In this document: positions 1 to 9,420 of the stretch, piece by piece | Position numbering within the stretch: the stretch's first letter is position 1 | How the letters are laid out: the number at the start of each line of letters is the position of its first letter | Virus record (IMG/VR): IMGVR_UViG_3300018077_000007 | Span: 1 to 64,000 of that record | Direction: 5' to 3' (one strand) | From: a virus | DNA length: 64,000 nucleotides | Position numbers and translations under genes: made by a program | Notes under the pieces: model-generated | Seen by the model: only the letters and a program-made list of their open reading frames with translations | Database searches by the model: none | What the model was told of the DNA's origin: nothing

Positions 1-2493
1 ACCTCTGGGGCTGAATTTGCGTGTGCCGCACTGGCGCAGCGCGTCGAACGGGAGGGCCGCGCCGCCGCCTTGCCGGTTCGGGTCGCCTGCGTGAGGGATT
101 CTTGGATGAACCTGAATCGTGCCCTGAGTGTGGAATCCTCCGTGCTGACCCCGACCGGATGGATCAAGGCCGTGGATGTGTCGGTCGGGGACACACTAAT
201 TTCGCAAGACGGCTCCCACACTCGGGTCCTTGGCGTCTACCCGCAGCCAGCGCAGCCACTCTGGCGGGTCGTGTTGTCGGATGGCTCGTCCGCGCAGGTG
301 ACTGGCGATCATTGGTGGGCAGTGACGACTAAGCATTACCGTATTGGTCGTGGCAAGCCGAGGTCTGGGCGCGGAGGGAAGCCATATAGACCCCTCCAGC
401 TCGTCACGACCAGCGACATATGTGAGCGATTGGAGCGGCGCGGGAGCGCAAAGTGGTCACTCCCGCTCTTGAGCGCCCCGGCACAATTCCCAGCACAATC
501 CGTGCCGCTGGATCCCTATCTCCTCGGGTTGCTTCTAGGAGACGGGTGTTTTACCCCGCCCAGCGTGCGACTCATCACAGCCGACCAAGAACTCGTTGAT
601 AGGGTGAGCACAGCACTTCCAGCTGGCGTTGAGATTGGCCACCAAGGTCGGTACGCCTATGTCCTGAGAGGAGGACACCCAAACCCGGTCATTGGTGCCA
701 TCCGAGACTTAGGCTTGGTTGGCTACCGGGCCTGGGAAAAGTTCGTCCCTGCCCGATACTTGTGGAATAGCCCCGAGGTCCGTCTTGCGGTCCTCCAGGG
801 GCTGATGGATACCGACGGCCATGTGGATCACGGGCAGAGGCTGTTTACTACCACCTCCAAGGCGTTGGCCGAGGACGTGGTGTTTCTCGCCCAATCGCTT
901 GGCGGAACTGCCACCGTCCGCGTCCACACCACCTTCCCTCGCCCCCCGCGGAGACCGGCGTACAGAATGGGGCTGCGCTTGCCGCACGATTTCGCGGCGT
1001 TCAGGCTGACGAGAAAGCAGTCGGTGGCTCGACGTTATCAGGGAATCCGCAACGCTCCGAGGCGCTACATTGTGGGCGTCGAGCCGGCCGGTCATGGTCC
1101 AGCGGTCTGTTTCAGGGTCGATCACCCATCCGGCTTGTTTGTCATAAATGATTTTATCGTCACCCATAACACAACGATCCCCACATTCGAGGAGCAGGCG
1201 CAGAAGGGGCTCCCGATCGAGTTTCGCGAAGGCCGGACCGAGGCGATCATCCGGTGGGGAGCGCGCCCCGCCGTGCACTTCTTCTTTTTCGGCATGGATC
1301 GCCGCGCCGACGCGGATAAATTCCAAGGCTTCACGTCCGGGGTGCTCTGGTTGGAGGAGGTCGCGCCGGCCGCCGATCTGGCGACCGGCATCCCCGCCGA
1401 AACCCTCGGGATCGGCGTCGGGTCCGTCCGCCAAGCCGGGATTCCGCCCCGGGTCATCGTGACGTTGAACCCGCCTGATCCTGACCACTGGATTCTCAAG
1501 ATCGAAAAAGCTCTGGCCGAGCTGGGGCGGCCGGAGATAGAGGTCTACAAGCTGATGATCGCGCCCGGCGAGAAAGCGCGTCATTTCCGCGAGCTGGCCG
1601 CCGAAGCGACCGACCCCGAAGAGGCTCACGAGTGGGAAGAGGCGGCGCGCGCGTTCGAGGCGTACCGCGTCCGGGGCCAGTCCATCCTCGAACTCCTTCG
1701 CCCCGACTTGGCGGCCCGGCTGTTTGGCGGGGAAGTGCGGGGTATTACGCTCGGGGAGCGGGTCGTGCCCGAGTTTTCGCGGAAACTCCACGTCTCTGCC
1801 GAGCCGCTCGTGATCCGGCGGGAGTGGCCGATCTGGCGGGGGTGGGATGCGGGGCTTTGTCCCTCGGCGGTCTGGGCTCAGCCGGTGCCCGGTGGGGCGG
1901 GGATCAACATTCTGGGATCCCGGACGGCCGTGAACATGGGGATGGCCCAGATGATTCTGTATGACGTGACCCCCTTCCAAGAGCGGTATGGATTGGTCCC
2001 GGCTCGGCGCCGCAGCACGGGCTACCGGGGCTCCACGGGCGGTTATGAGTTTTCTGACGTGGGCGATCCGCAAATGACGTATGCGGCGGAGCAGGCGAAC
2101 TCCGAAGCCACGGTCGCCCGCACCGTGGAAAACATGCTCGGGACGACGATGATTCCAGGAGTCCGCACGTGGTCGGCTCGCCGAGAAGCCCTGCACGTGG
2201 CCTTTATTCGCAAGGGCGTGGGAGATCGAATGTTCGTCCAGATCGACCCGGACGAAAATGATATGCTCATCCAGGCCCTTGATTCGAAGTGCGTGTACCC
2301 CGTCGATCCCGCGACCGGGAGGATTAATGAGTCGGTGGAGGCGATGAAAAAAAGTAGCGGCCTCTTCCATAACGTTCTTGATGCCTTGTCCTATCTGCTC
2401 GCCCATCTCTATCCAGCGGAGGAGTGGTTAAAACGGGCAGTGGTGGCTCCGCCCCCCAAGACCCCCCGCCCGCAGAGTTGGTTAGGGGCATAG
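1..2493 (+). CDS. terL: Terminase large subunit with intein (5' truncated by the window edge)
   Basis: Frame 1 is open from base 1 (TSGAEFAC..., probably just after Walker A). The extein joint RDSWMNLNR|TTIPTF resembles the TerL R.T...L..TT motif. Also Walker-B-like LWLEE, coupling motif TLNPP, nuclease RGWDAG and C-terminal LDALSY. Confidence 0.85.
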   Translation, partial: TSGAEFACAALAQRVEREGRAAALPVRVACVRDSWMNLNRALSVESSVLTPTGWIKAVDVSVGDTLISQDGSHTRVLGVYPQPAQPLWRVVLSDGSSAQVTGDHWWAVTTKHYRIGRGKPRSGRGGKPYRPLQLVTTSDICERLERRGSAKWSLPLLSAPAQFPAQSVPLDPYLLGLLLGDGCFTPPSVRLITADQELVDRVSTALPAGVEIGHQGRYAYVLRGGHPNPVIGAIRDLGLVGYRAWEKFVPARYLWNSPEVRLAVLQGLMDTDGHVDHGQRLFTTTSKALAEDVVFLAQSLGGTATVRVHTTFPRPPRRPAYRMGLRLPHDFAAFRLTRKQSVARRYQGIRNAPRRYIVGVEPAGHGPAVCFRVDHPSGLFVINDFIVTHNTTIPTFEEQAQKGLPIEFREGRTEAIIRWGARPAVHFFFFGMDRRADADKFQGFTSGVLWLEEVAPAADLATGIPAETLGIGVGSVRQAGIPPRVIVTLNPPDPDHWILKIEKALAELGRPEIEVYKLMIAPGEKARHFRELAAEATDPEEAHEWEEAARAFEAYRVRGQSILELLRPDLAARLFGGEVRGITLGERVVPEFSRKLHVSAEPLVIRREWPIWRGWDAGLCPSAVWAQPVPGGAGINILGSRTAVNMGMAQMILYDVTPFQERYGLVPARRRSTGYRGSTGGYEFSDVGDPQMTYAAEQANSEATVARTVENMLGTTMIPGVRTWSARREALHVAFIRKGVGDRMFVQIDPDENDMLIQALDSKCVYPVDPATGRINESVEAMKKSSGLFHNVLDALSYLLAHLYPAEEWLKRAVVAPPPKTPRPQSWLGA
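121..1170 (+). mobile_element. Class 3 intein with LAGLIDADG homing endonuclease (350 aa)
   Basis: Block A ALSVESSVLTPTGW (Ala1), block B TGDHWW, LAGLIDADG helices LLGLLLGDG and LQGLMDTDG, block F AVCFRV, block G FIVTHN followed by +1 Thr. Confidence 0.9.
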
Positions 2494-2496
2494 GCG

Positions 2497-2985
2497 ATGG
2501 GCGTCGGCTGGATCGTGGCTGGCATTCTTGTCGTGCTCGCCGTCGCTCTTCACCTCACATGGGGGTACCTGCTCCGCTCGGAGACAAAACATACCGGCTC
2601 ATGGCTCCTCGTGTCTGGCGTGCTTGCCGTGGTCATGGCGGGGGCACTCCTTGCCGAATGGCAGACCCAGAAGCGCATCACGGCCTGGAAGGTGATCGCC
2701 GCCGACACCGCCACAGCGGCTCACAACACCCGTGCCCACTGGGTAAAGATGGCAAACGCGGCGGCCACAGAGCGCATCCAACTCCGAGACGAACTCCAGC
2801 GTGCCCGCCGGGAGGCGTCCACAGCCTGGGCGGAGGTGGCCCGCCTCCGTCGGGGGCTCGCGACCTGCCAGGCCAAGGACGCCGTCCAGACCGAGTGGAT
2901 TCACCACCTCTGGGAGGCCGGGTTGGTTCCCGAGTGTCGAGGCGTCCCACCGGATTCTGCCCCGAAGGGCAGAATGGAGAACTAA
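2497..2985 (+). CDS. Hypothetical protein with two TM helices and a coiled coil
   Basis: Two hydrophobic segments followed by a heptad-like helical region; packed directly after the terL stop. Confidence 0.6.
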   Translation: MGVGWIVAGILVVLAVALHLTWGYLLRSETKHTGSWLLVSGVLAVVMAGALLAEWQTQKRITAWKVIAADTATAAHNTRAHWVKMANAAATERIQLRDELQRARREASTAWAEVARLRRGLATCQAKDAVQTEWIHHLWEAGLVPECRGVPPDSAPKGRMEN

Positions 2986-2987
2986 CC

Positions 2988-4160
2988 ATGGCATGGTCGT
3001 TGCAATTTCTGGACCGGCTGGCCGGCGAAGCGATCATCGTGAAAGAGTTGTCGCCTTGGCCCGTGGAGGGCTGGCTCCGCTACCGCCAGCTTCCTCTCAT
3101 CGTGCGGGTGGCCCGACCCACCACGCTCCCGCTTCCCGAGCGTCCGCGTCTCTGGCTTTACTGGAAATGCAACTATGGTCAATACTGGTACGGGTCCCCC
3201 CTGACCCCCCTCGGTCTCCTGGCAGCGGTCGGGGTTGCCTTCCCGCTTCTGCTTGTGAACTATCTCGGTGGGATCGGCCGGGATCTGCGGGGGATCGTGG
3301 CTCGAATGCGGGTGGTCGGCGGCGGGGTGCCCCTGGCACCCGCTCCGCGCACTCTTGACGCGCTTGACCGAGACGATGGCCCGTTTCAGCGGGCTCTCAC
3401 GGCGTTCTACGAAGAACAGCCCAACCCTCCACAAGATAGCGATCCTGACACCATCGCCCGCTTGGTGGAATTCGCCCACGCCGGGAACCGCGCTGATTTC
3501 GATTGGCTGGCCCAGAGTGCCGGGGTGCAGGCAGGAGAACTGGACGCGCTGTGGGAGGGGACCTGTCAGCGCGTGCGGCACGGCGACTCCAGCCGGGGCC
3601 GGGGTGAGCCCGGTCTGTTTGAGTTGAATACCCTTGCCCGGCTCCGGCTTGAGCCCGGCCAGCCCCGAGGGGACCGCATCACCATCAACCGGGTCCGCCC
3701 GCTCGCTCTGCCAGAATTTGAATCGTCCCATGAAGACACGTTCTTTGTCCGCTTCCGGGCAGCCATGGGGGCCGAGCTCGAAGGGGCTCGGTGGGCGGGG
3801 CGACCGCTCCATGAAGTGGCCGTGGTGACGCTGGACACGATTGACACCCGGTGGGCCGTTGAAGTCCGTGATGGCACTCGGCGAATGATTACGCTGTTCG
3901 CCCGGGCGTTTCGGGAACGCGGAGCCGGAACTTTGGATCTCGCGCAGTTCATTCAAACCGCCATCCAGCGGGCGCTGAGGATCCCCCCGGGCCAGTGGAG
4001 TTTCGACGAGCTCCACGCCACGCGGGATCCGCGCCGCTATGATTGCGGGTGGGCCGCGCGGATGGCTCGTGGTGAGGACTGGCACCCGGTCTGCCGGACC
4101 TGGCACCGGCCAGAAAACTGCCCCGCAGGGCAGAATCCACAGCATTCAATGAAGGGCTAG
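2988..4160 (+). CDS. Hypothetical protein
   Basis: ATG at 2988 with GGAG RBS; long ORF with GC3 bias. Confidence 0.6.
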   Translation: MAWSLQFLDRLAGEAIIVKELSPWPVEGWLRYRQLPLIVRVARPTTLPLPERPRLWLYWKCNYGQYWYGSPLTPLGLLAAVGVAFPLLLVNYLGGIGRDLRGIVARMRVVGGGVPLAPAPRTLDALDRDDGPFQRALTAFYEEQPNPPQDSDPDTIARLVEFAHAGNRADFDWLAQSAGVQAGELDALWEGTCQRVRHGDSSRGRGEPGLFELNTLARLRLEPGQPRGDRITINRVRPLALPEFESSHEDTFFVRFRAAMGAELEGARWAGRPLHEVAVVTLDTIDTRWAVEVRDGTRRMITLFARAFRERGAGTLDLAQFIQTAIQRALRIPPGQWSFDELHATRDPRRYDCGWAARMARGEDWHPVCRTWHRPENCPAGQNPQHSMKG

Positions 4161-4512
4161 CCGTGGCAATCGCCATCCACATCTTCGGCGTCGTCGTGCT
4201 CACTTTTGTCGTCGCCGACGTGGGCCACGGGATACGGGGATACGATTCCTATTATTATCGGTTCTACATCCCCTACACGGCCCCGCTCGGTTCTGATGAG
4301 GCGCTGGCCCAGATCCGAAATCTGCCCCTTGGCGTCAAAGCGTGGGTCCGCCGGGGGGGCGGGTGTGAATATCTTGTCTCGCATGAGCACCGACCCAACC
4401 AGGGAACCCACACCGCGGCGGTCCATGCCGCACGATCCAGATTCGGGCTCCCCTGTCACCGCGCCCCCAGCGAAGCGATTATTGCCGACGACCGCTCCGA
4501 TCCCTGCCGCTC

Positions 4513-5424
4513 GTGGCAAGCCCGCCGGAAACCCTCTGGCGGCGGCTGGATGACGCACTGGACATGCACGGAGAAGGAAGCACGGAGGGGCAGATCGCTA
4601 TAGTTACGTACCTCGGCTCTCACCCCGAGGTTGCCTTTGCCTTGCCGATCCCGTTTGAGGGTCAGCCCGTGCGCCGGTGGCCCTTCCGGGGGAAGTCGCA
4701 CTACCTTGAAGCGGTGTCCCTGGTGCCCGACCTGCCTCGGCGCAAGTCCCGGTGGGTGGCGCTCTGGTGCGTCGGGATGCGCCGGCGGGATCGCGGGCCG
4801 TGGTTTCACGTGTCCTTGGAACCAGGGGAGTGGGCCGCGTGCCAACGGCAGGCCCCGTGCCAACGGCAGGCCCCGTGGCTTCAGAAAGCCACTGATATGC
4901 GGGCCTATACACACCCGGATCAGAACGCGCTGTTCTGGCAGATCTATGGGTGTCCCCCCGAGGGAGAACGGAGGAGCATGACCTACGTCGAGTGGCAGTC
5001 CCGCGATCAGGAAGGGCGAGAGCAACGCTTTCGGAACGCCGTGCGCGTCTCGATGGACACGCTCAAACACGATGGGGCACGGATCAACGAGTGGGCCACC
5101 CGTCGGCTCGCGGAGGCACTCGTGGAGATGGCGAACCGGCAGGGCTATGTCCCGTTGCGCCCCCTCGACTGGCATGAACAGTCCTTTGATTACGGCCATG
5201 CCCAGGGCTTTGCGGGAGACATCGTGGCCGTGTTCACCGCCACCAAAGATCAATTTATCCGCTGGCTGGAGTACGAGCTGGCGGAGCGGGATCGCCGCCT
5301 CCGAGTGTTGGAAGCGTGGTGGGGCTATCGGGCGTGGCGGGCGTGGCGACGGATCTGGGCGCGCACCATGAGGGGGCCGCGCCGCGTGTGGAGACGGGTC
5401 CGGCCCCCCGGCGAGGAGGACTAA
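4513..5424 (+). CDS. Hypothetical protein
   Basis: Long ORF with a TAATG overlap into the next gene. Confidence 0.55.
   Translation: MASPPETLWRRLDDALDMHGEGSTEGQIAIVTYLGSHPEVAFALPIPFEGQPVRRWPFRGKSHYLEAVSLVPDLPRRKSRWVALWCVGMRRRDRGPWFHVSLEPGEWAACQRQAPCQRQAPWLQKATDMRAYTHPDQNALFWQIYGCPPEGERRSMTYVEWQSRDQEGREQRFRNAVRVSMDTLKHDGARINEWATRRLAEALVEMANRQGYVPLRPLDWHEQSFDYGHAQGFAGDIVAVFTATKDQFIRWLEYELAERDRRLRVLEAWWGYRAWRAWRRIWARTMRGPRRVWRRVRPPGEED
4838..4877 (+). repeat. 18-bp perfect tandem duplication (CQRQAP x2)
   Basis: cgtgccaacggcaggccc occurs twice in tandem. Confidence 0.85.
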
Positions 5425-5585
5425 TGGCATCCCTGAACCGCTATTCGGAACTGTCCGAGGCCCAACTGCTGACCGAGATCACGGGGCTGTTCGCCGAGTT
5501 GTGGCACCGCGACAAGGTGATCGCCGTGATTATGGACGCCGAGGGGTCCCATCTGGTGGTGCTGGATCGGCGGGAGGCGACGTAA
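5424..5585 (+). CDS. Small hypothetical protein
   Basis: GAGGAGG RBS and TAATG coupling. Confidence 0.5.
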   Translation: MASLNRYSELSEAQLLTEITGLFAELWHRDKVIAVIMDAEGSHLVVLDRREAT

Positions 5586-5589
5586 CGCC

Positions 5590-5928
5590 ATGACCCGCCC
5601 TGTTGGCGTGGGGGTGGCGAACGGAGGGGCGATGATGAGCAAGAGCTATATCCTCAAAGACGGGAAGCCGGTCGAAGAGTCTGACATCACGGCGTGGGGG
5701 CGGTGGATGAAGACTGCCGAGCGGCATGTGGCCAACGACGAGCTTCCCGGCGTGCGGATCAGTACGGTCTTTCTCGGGCTGGATCATCAGTGGGGTGCTG
5801 GCCCTCCGATCCTCTACGAGACTATGATCTTTGGTGGTGCCCATGACGGATACCAAGCCCGCTATCACACCAGAGAGGACGCCGTTGCGGGTCATGCAGA
5901 GGCGCTGACCGTGGCGACAGGACCGTAA
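5590..5928 (+). CDS. Conserved phage hypothetical protein
   Basis: Motif ISTVFLGLDH...PILYETMIFGG..D.YQ.RY.T..DA..GH, which I recognise as a common phage hypothetical family. Confidence 0.7.
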   Translation: MTRPVGVGVANGGAMMSKSYILKDGKPVEESDITAWGRWMKTAERHVANDELPGVRISTVFLGLDHQWGAGPPILYETMIFGGAHDGYQARYHTREDAVAGHAEALTVATGP

Positions 5929-5930
5929 CG

Positions 5931-6401
5931 GTGCCCCGCGTTCCTCCATGGTTCGAGGTCGGCTTCCTGGCCGCATGGGTCGGGGTCTGGCTCCTCCTCG
6001 CCGTGCCGAGCCTCCTGCCCGCCTCTCATGTGCCGGGCCTCCTGCCCGTCTATCATGCGCAGGGCCTCCTCTGCAGTCGCCCCTTTTCCGTGCTCGGGAC
6101 CACGATCCGCGTGATCGACGGGGACACGCTGACGATGCGGCTCGCCATTTGGCTCGGGCTGGAGCAGCAGGAGACGATCCGGGTCCTCGGGGTGGACACC
6201 CCCGAGCTGCGGGGACCGGATCGGGTCCAGGCGCTCGCGGCCAAGCGGTTCACCGAAGCGTGGCTGGCCGCGGCCACGGCGCTGACCATTTCCGTCTGTG
6301 CGCGGGATAGTTTTGGCCGACTCCTCGCCGTGGTGGAGCGGGATGCTGGTGAGTCGCTTGCGGCGGCCCTGATTCGGGCGGGGCATGGGGTGAAGCGGTG
6401 A
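5931..6401 (+). CDS. Thermonuclease (SNase-like) with N-terminal membrane anchor
   Basis: VIDGDTL, IRVLGVDTPE and RDSFGRLLA motifs. Confidence 0.88.
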   Translation: MPRVPPWFEVGFLAAWVGVWLLLAVPSLLPASHVPGLLPVYHAQGLLCSRPFSVLGTTIRVIDGDTLTMRLAIWLGLEQQETIRVLGVDTPELRGPDRVQALAAKRFTEAWLAAATALTISVCARDSFGRLLAVVERDAGESLAAALIRAGHGVKR

Positions 6402-6471
6402 TCTCGATTGTCAGGATTGAGAACACGGCCCACTTCAGGTGTAGTTAAATCACCCTAGACTCAAAAGGGTA

Positions 6472-6849
6472 ATGCGGGTGATGCGTTACGGTAGGTCCGA
6501 CCCATCAAAGATCGGGGCACTCGCTGGAGGGACCGGCGTTATGGCTAACGAGATTCGGATTGTCCGGTGGCAGGGCGGCGGCGATCACGAACGAACCCGG
6601 GTGAGTTGCGGCGGCCGTCCAGACGCTCTGCTGGTGCATCCGTGGGGCGATGCGGAAGCTCTCCATGATGCCGAGGTGACGGAGGGGGACATTCGGTGGC
6701 ACCGGGGTCGCCTGTCTGCCTTGTGTGTGACGCAATTCGGCTACGGTCCCCACCCGTGTCGATGCGGCACCTTCGAGATGGTCGGGTTGTTCAAGATCGA
6801 CAGCGCGCCATACTGGGCGGAAGAAAGGGTCTCCACATGGTCGGGTTGA
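6472..6849 (+). CDS. Hypothetical protein
   Basis: ORF filling the gap; start uncertain. Confidence 0.4.
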   Translation: MRVMRYGRSDPSKIGALAGGTGVMANEIRIVRWQGGGDHERTRVSCGGRPDALLVHPWGDAEALHDAEVTEGDIRWHRGRLSALCVTQFGYGPHPCRCGTFEMVGLFKIDSAPYWAEERVSTWSG

Positions 6850-6864
6850 GGGAGGAGATCGACT

Positions 6865-7488
6865 TTGCCGAAACCCCCTGACGTGCCTGTCCGTCCGAAA
6901 CCGATGACCATTGCTCAGGGCCGTGGGGTCTTGTCTCCCACGGCGGGACCGGGGCGCCCGTCCAAGCTGACAGCCAAGATCCGGCACTCCATCCTGGATT
7001 CTCTTCGCCGGGGGAATTATTTAACGACCGCGGCGGATGTGGCGGGGATCAGCATCTCAGCCCTCCGGGAGGGGCTCGCCAGGGGAGAGCGTGAAAAATC
7101 AGGACCTTACCGTGATTTTCTGGTGGCGGTTCGGCAGGTCTCGGGGATCGTCGAAGATAACCTCGTGGGCGTCTTCCAAGGCGGCGCCGAGAATGACCCG
7201 ACGATCGCCAAGGAGTTCCTCGCCCGACGCTGGCCTCAGCGGTGGGGCGCCAAGGTCAACGGGGGGGAGCAGACTGTCGGCCCCATCGTGCCGATTCAGA
7301 TCATCTTTCGCACCCTGCCGCCGGGGTATGATCCGGTCGAGGCGGACAAGGCTGCTGCCCTCGAAGCCGAGGGGGGGGTGGTGGAGGCGGAGACGGCACC
7401 GGCCCACTCTGGCCAGGGCTCGCTGGCGGGGTTCGTGGAGCCCCAGGTGGCCGCCCCGCCGCCGATCCGGGTGTCCCCGCCCCGATGA
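6865..7488 (+). CDS. Terminase small subunit-like HTH protein
   Basis: GRPSKLT...ILDSLRRGNYLTTAADVAGIS HTH, then AKEFLARRWPQRWG; GGAGGAG RBS with TTG start. Confidence 0.65.
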   Translation: MPKPPDVPVRPKPMTIAQGRGVLSPTAGPGRPSKLTAKIRHSILDSLRRGNYLTTAADVAGISISALREGLARGEREKSGPYRDFLVAVRQVSGIVEDNLVGVFQGGAENDPTIAKEFLARRWPQRWGAKVNGGEQTVGPIVPIQIIFRTLPPGYDPVEADKAAALEAEGGVVEAETAPAHSGQGSLAGFVEPQVAAPPPIRVSPPR

Positions 7489-7733
7489 TGACCCCGCGCT
7501 GCTCGAAGTGCGGGCAGGAGCCCAGACTCCTTGGCCAGCGATGGGGGCGCGCGTGTTTTGCGGCGGCCATGGGCCGGTCCCGGGTTAAACGGGCTGTTAA
7601 ACGCCCCGTTAAACGCCCCACCCCACCCTCCTCCCCCTCGGCCCCGTCACCAGCTCCCGCCTGGAAGGGACCCCCGCCCCACGGCCCGAGGTGTCAGTGT
7701 CTTCGGCATCGCGGTCGGCTGGAAAAGGGCTGA
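7485..7733 (+). CDS. Small Cys-rich basic protein
   Basis: CSKC, C.C..H and VKR(A/P) repeats; ATGA overlap. Confidence 0.45.
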   Translation: MMTPRCSKCGQEPRLLGQRWGRACFAAAMGRSRVKRAVKRPVKRPTPPSSPSAPSPAPAWKGPPPHGPRCQCLRHRGRLEKG

Positions 7734-7753
7734 ATCCCGCCTGCATTTTTTCC

Positions 7754-7782
7754 TTGACACAATAAACTGCTTAGTGTAGTGT
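7754..7782 (+). promoter_or_regulatory. Sigma70-like promoter
   Basis: TTGACA-N17-TAGTGT in an AT-rich gap, followed by a GGAGG RBS. Confidence 0.65.
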
Positions 7783-7924
7783 CCGAGGCAGGAGGAATCC
7801 ATGAGCCCGGCCAACCCACTCACGTCCCCGCTTCACGAGACTCCCGCACGCTACTACTCCCTTGGCCGGGCTCGGCGTGCGCGCTTGTGAGGCGGGGGCA
7901 CCCAACCCCTTTGAGGAGTGAGCC

Positions 7925-8104
7925 ATGAACAACGTGACGCTTAAGACGGATGGAAACATCCTGACGATCACGGTCGATCTGAGTAAGCGGAATGGCCTGA
8001 GCAGCACCGGGAAGAGCCAGGTCATCGCATCGACCAAGGGGAACGCCGAGCTGCCGGGGCATCCCGGCGTGAAGATCGGGCTGAACGTCTACGTCAAGGC
8101 GTAA
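7925..8104 (+). CDS. Small conserved hypothetical protein (59 aa, not in the ORF track)
   Basis: GAGGAG RBS; MNNVTLKTDGNILTITVDLSKRNGLSSTGKSQVIASTKGN...KIGLNVY matches a recognisable small beta-rich family. Confidence 0.75.
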   Translation: MNNVTLKTDGNILTITVDLSKRNGLSSTGKSQVIASTKGNAELPGHPGVKIGLNVYVKA

Positions 8105-8148
8105 ACGCGGTGGAGAGATTATCATTAACGTTGGTGGAGGAGGAACCC

Positions 8149-8406
8149 ATGAAAATCGACTATCGCATCTGCCGAGAGAACCTGGGGGAATCGACCGACA
8201 CCGAGGCCAAGCAATACGTGACCAGCGTCCAACGCGCGCTCAAACAGGAATTCCCTGACTCGGAGATTCTCGTCTCCCTGGACAGTTCGTTCGCGACCGC
8301 CTCAGAAATTCTGATTTCGGGCTACGAGCCAGACGATCAAAACGTGCGGGAGCTGGTGGAGGAGATCGCCCATAGTGTATGGGACCACGGGCAGAGAACC
8401 GGCTGA
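8149..8406 (+). CDS. Hypothetical acidic protein
   Basis: Strong GGAGGAGG RBS before the ATG. Confidence 0.65.
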   Translation: MKIDYRICRENLGESTDTEAKQYVTSVQRALKQEFPDSEILVSLDSSFATASEILISGYEPDDQNVRELVEEIAHSVWDHGQRTG

Positions 8407-8409
8407 GCG

Positions 8410-8595
8410 ATGCCCACCTGCCCACTCCATCCGTTGGTGGAGTTGGCCTGCCCAGCGTGCCGGGGGGTCCGGGGTGGTCTCGCCCGGACCCCCCGGAAGC
8501 GCCGGGCGGGGGTCCAGAACCTCAAGAAGGCCCGGCGGGCCAAACGGCGGCAGGCCAAAAAGAGAGGGGCGGCCTTCAAGGAGAGGGAACGATGA
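8410..8595 (+). CDS. Small basic putative DNA-binding protein
   Basis: CPLH...CPACRG.RGG.ART.RK..A...NL.KAR pattern. Confidence 0.55.
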   Translation: MPTCPLHPLVELACPACRGVRGGLARTPRKRRAGVQNLKKARRAKRRQAKKRGAAFKERER

Positions 8596-9008
8596 AGTTG
8601 ATCATTGACCGATCCATCTGGTATCGTGGACGCGGATCTCGCGGATCCCGCCTACTCCGCCTCCAGGATGGCAGACGGTGTTGCCTGGGGATTTATCTTG
8701 GTGCTCTGGGGGTGGCAGATGAGGCCCTGAACGATACGCCGACCCCAGACACACTTGACGTACACGTGATCAAGAACATGCCAGCGGCAATGTGGCTCTT
8801 TGATTGGGCGCACAACTCTGATCTGCGGACGGTGAGGGGGGTAAGTCCCCTACTCAGTCTCCTGTGCAAACGCTTGCTGACAGTCAACGACGACTCCCAC
8901 ATCGCGGAGAGGCAGCGTGAGGACCGGGTGCAACGCTTGTTTGCCACTGCGGGCATCACCGTGACGTTCACAGGAGGCACCCCCGACGCGGCCGCTCGCG
9001 TCCAGTGA
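8592..9008 (+). CDS. Conserved phage hypothetical protein (CCLG motif)
   Basis: W.RG...S.L...G..CCLG and a C-terminal ND motif. Confidence 0.6.
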   Translation: MKLIIDRSIWYRGRGSRGSRLLRLQDGRRCCLGIYLGALGVADEALNDTPTPDTLDVHVIKNMPAAMWLFDWAHNSDLRTVRGVSPLLSLLCKRLLTVNDDSHIAERQREDRVQRLFATAGITVTFTGGTPDAAARVQ

Positions 9009-9420
9009 GATCAGCGTTGCGGGGCACCGACCCCGAGCATGAACACGTCGAGGCCGATCGTATGCGTAAACTTAAAGCTCACCGGCTGTCTCTTCCCTGT
9101 CGCTTGCGCCCAACTGGCGGGCGACCTCACCGACTGCCAGCGGGTCATGCACTACGGTCCCCCCACCGAGGCCACCCGTGGCGGGGTGCCGTCCGGGTAT
9201 CTGCCTGGGCTCCGCGATACGGCCTGGCCGGGCTTCTGGCGCGGCCGGTGCCGGTGGGCGACGCCCGTCGGGTGGGAGCGGATCAAGATGACCCTCCTGA
9301 GCTGGGCCGTGGTGGCCGGGGTGGTGCCGCCGCTGATCGGGATCCTGATCCTGACCCTGTGCTATGGGCTGGTTGCCGTGGTCGTTGTCGGATGTGACGC
9401 GATCTGGACGCGGCGAGGGC

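Noticed and set aside
6011-6072. 27-bp imperfect tandem repeat in the thermonuclease gene
   Set aside because: A simple in-frame linker duplication with no further signal.
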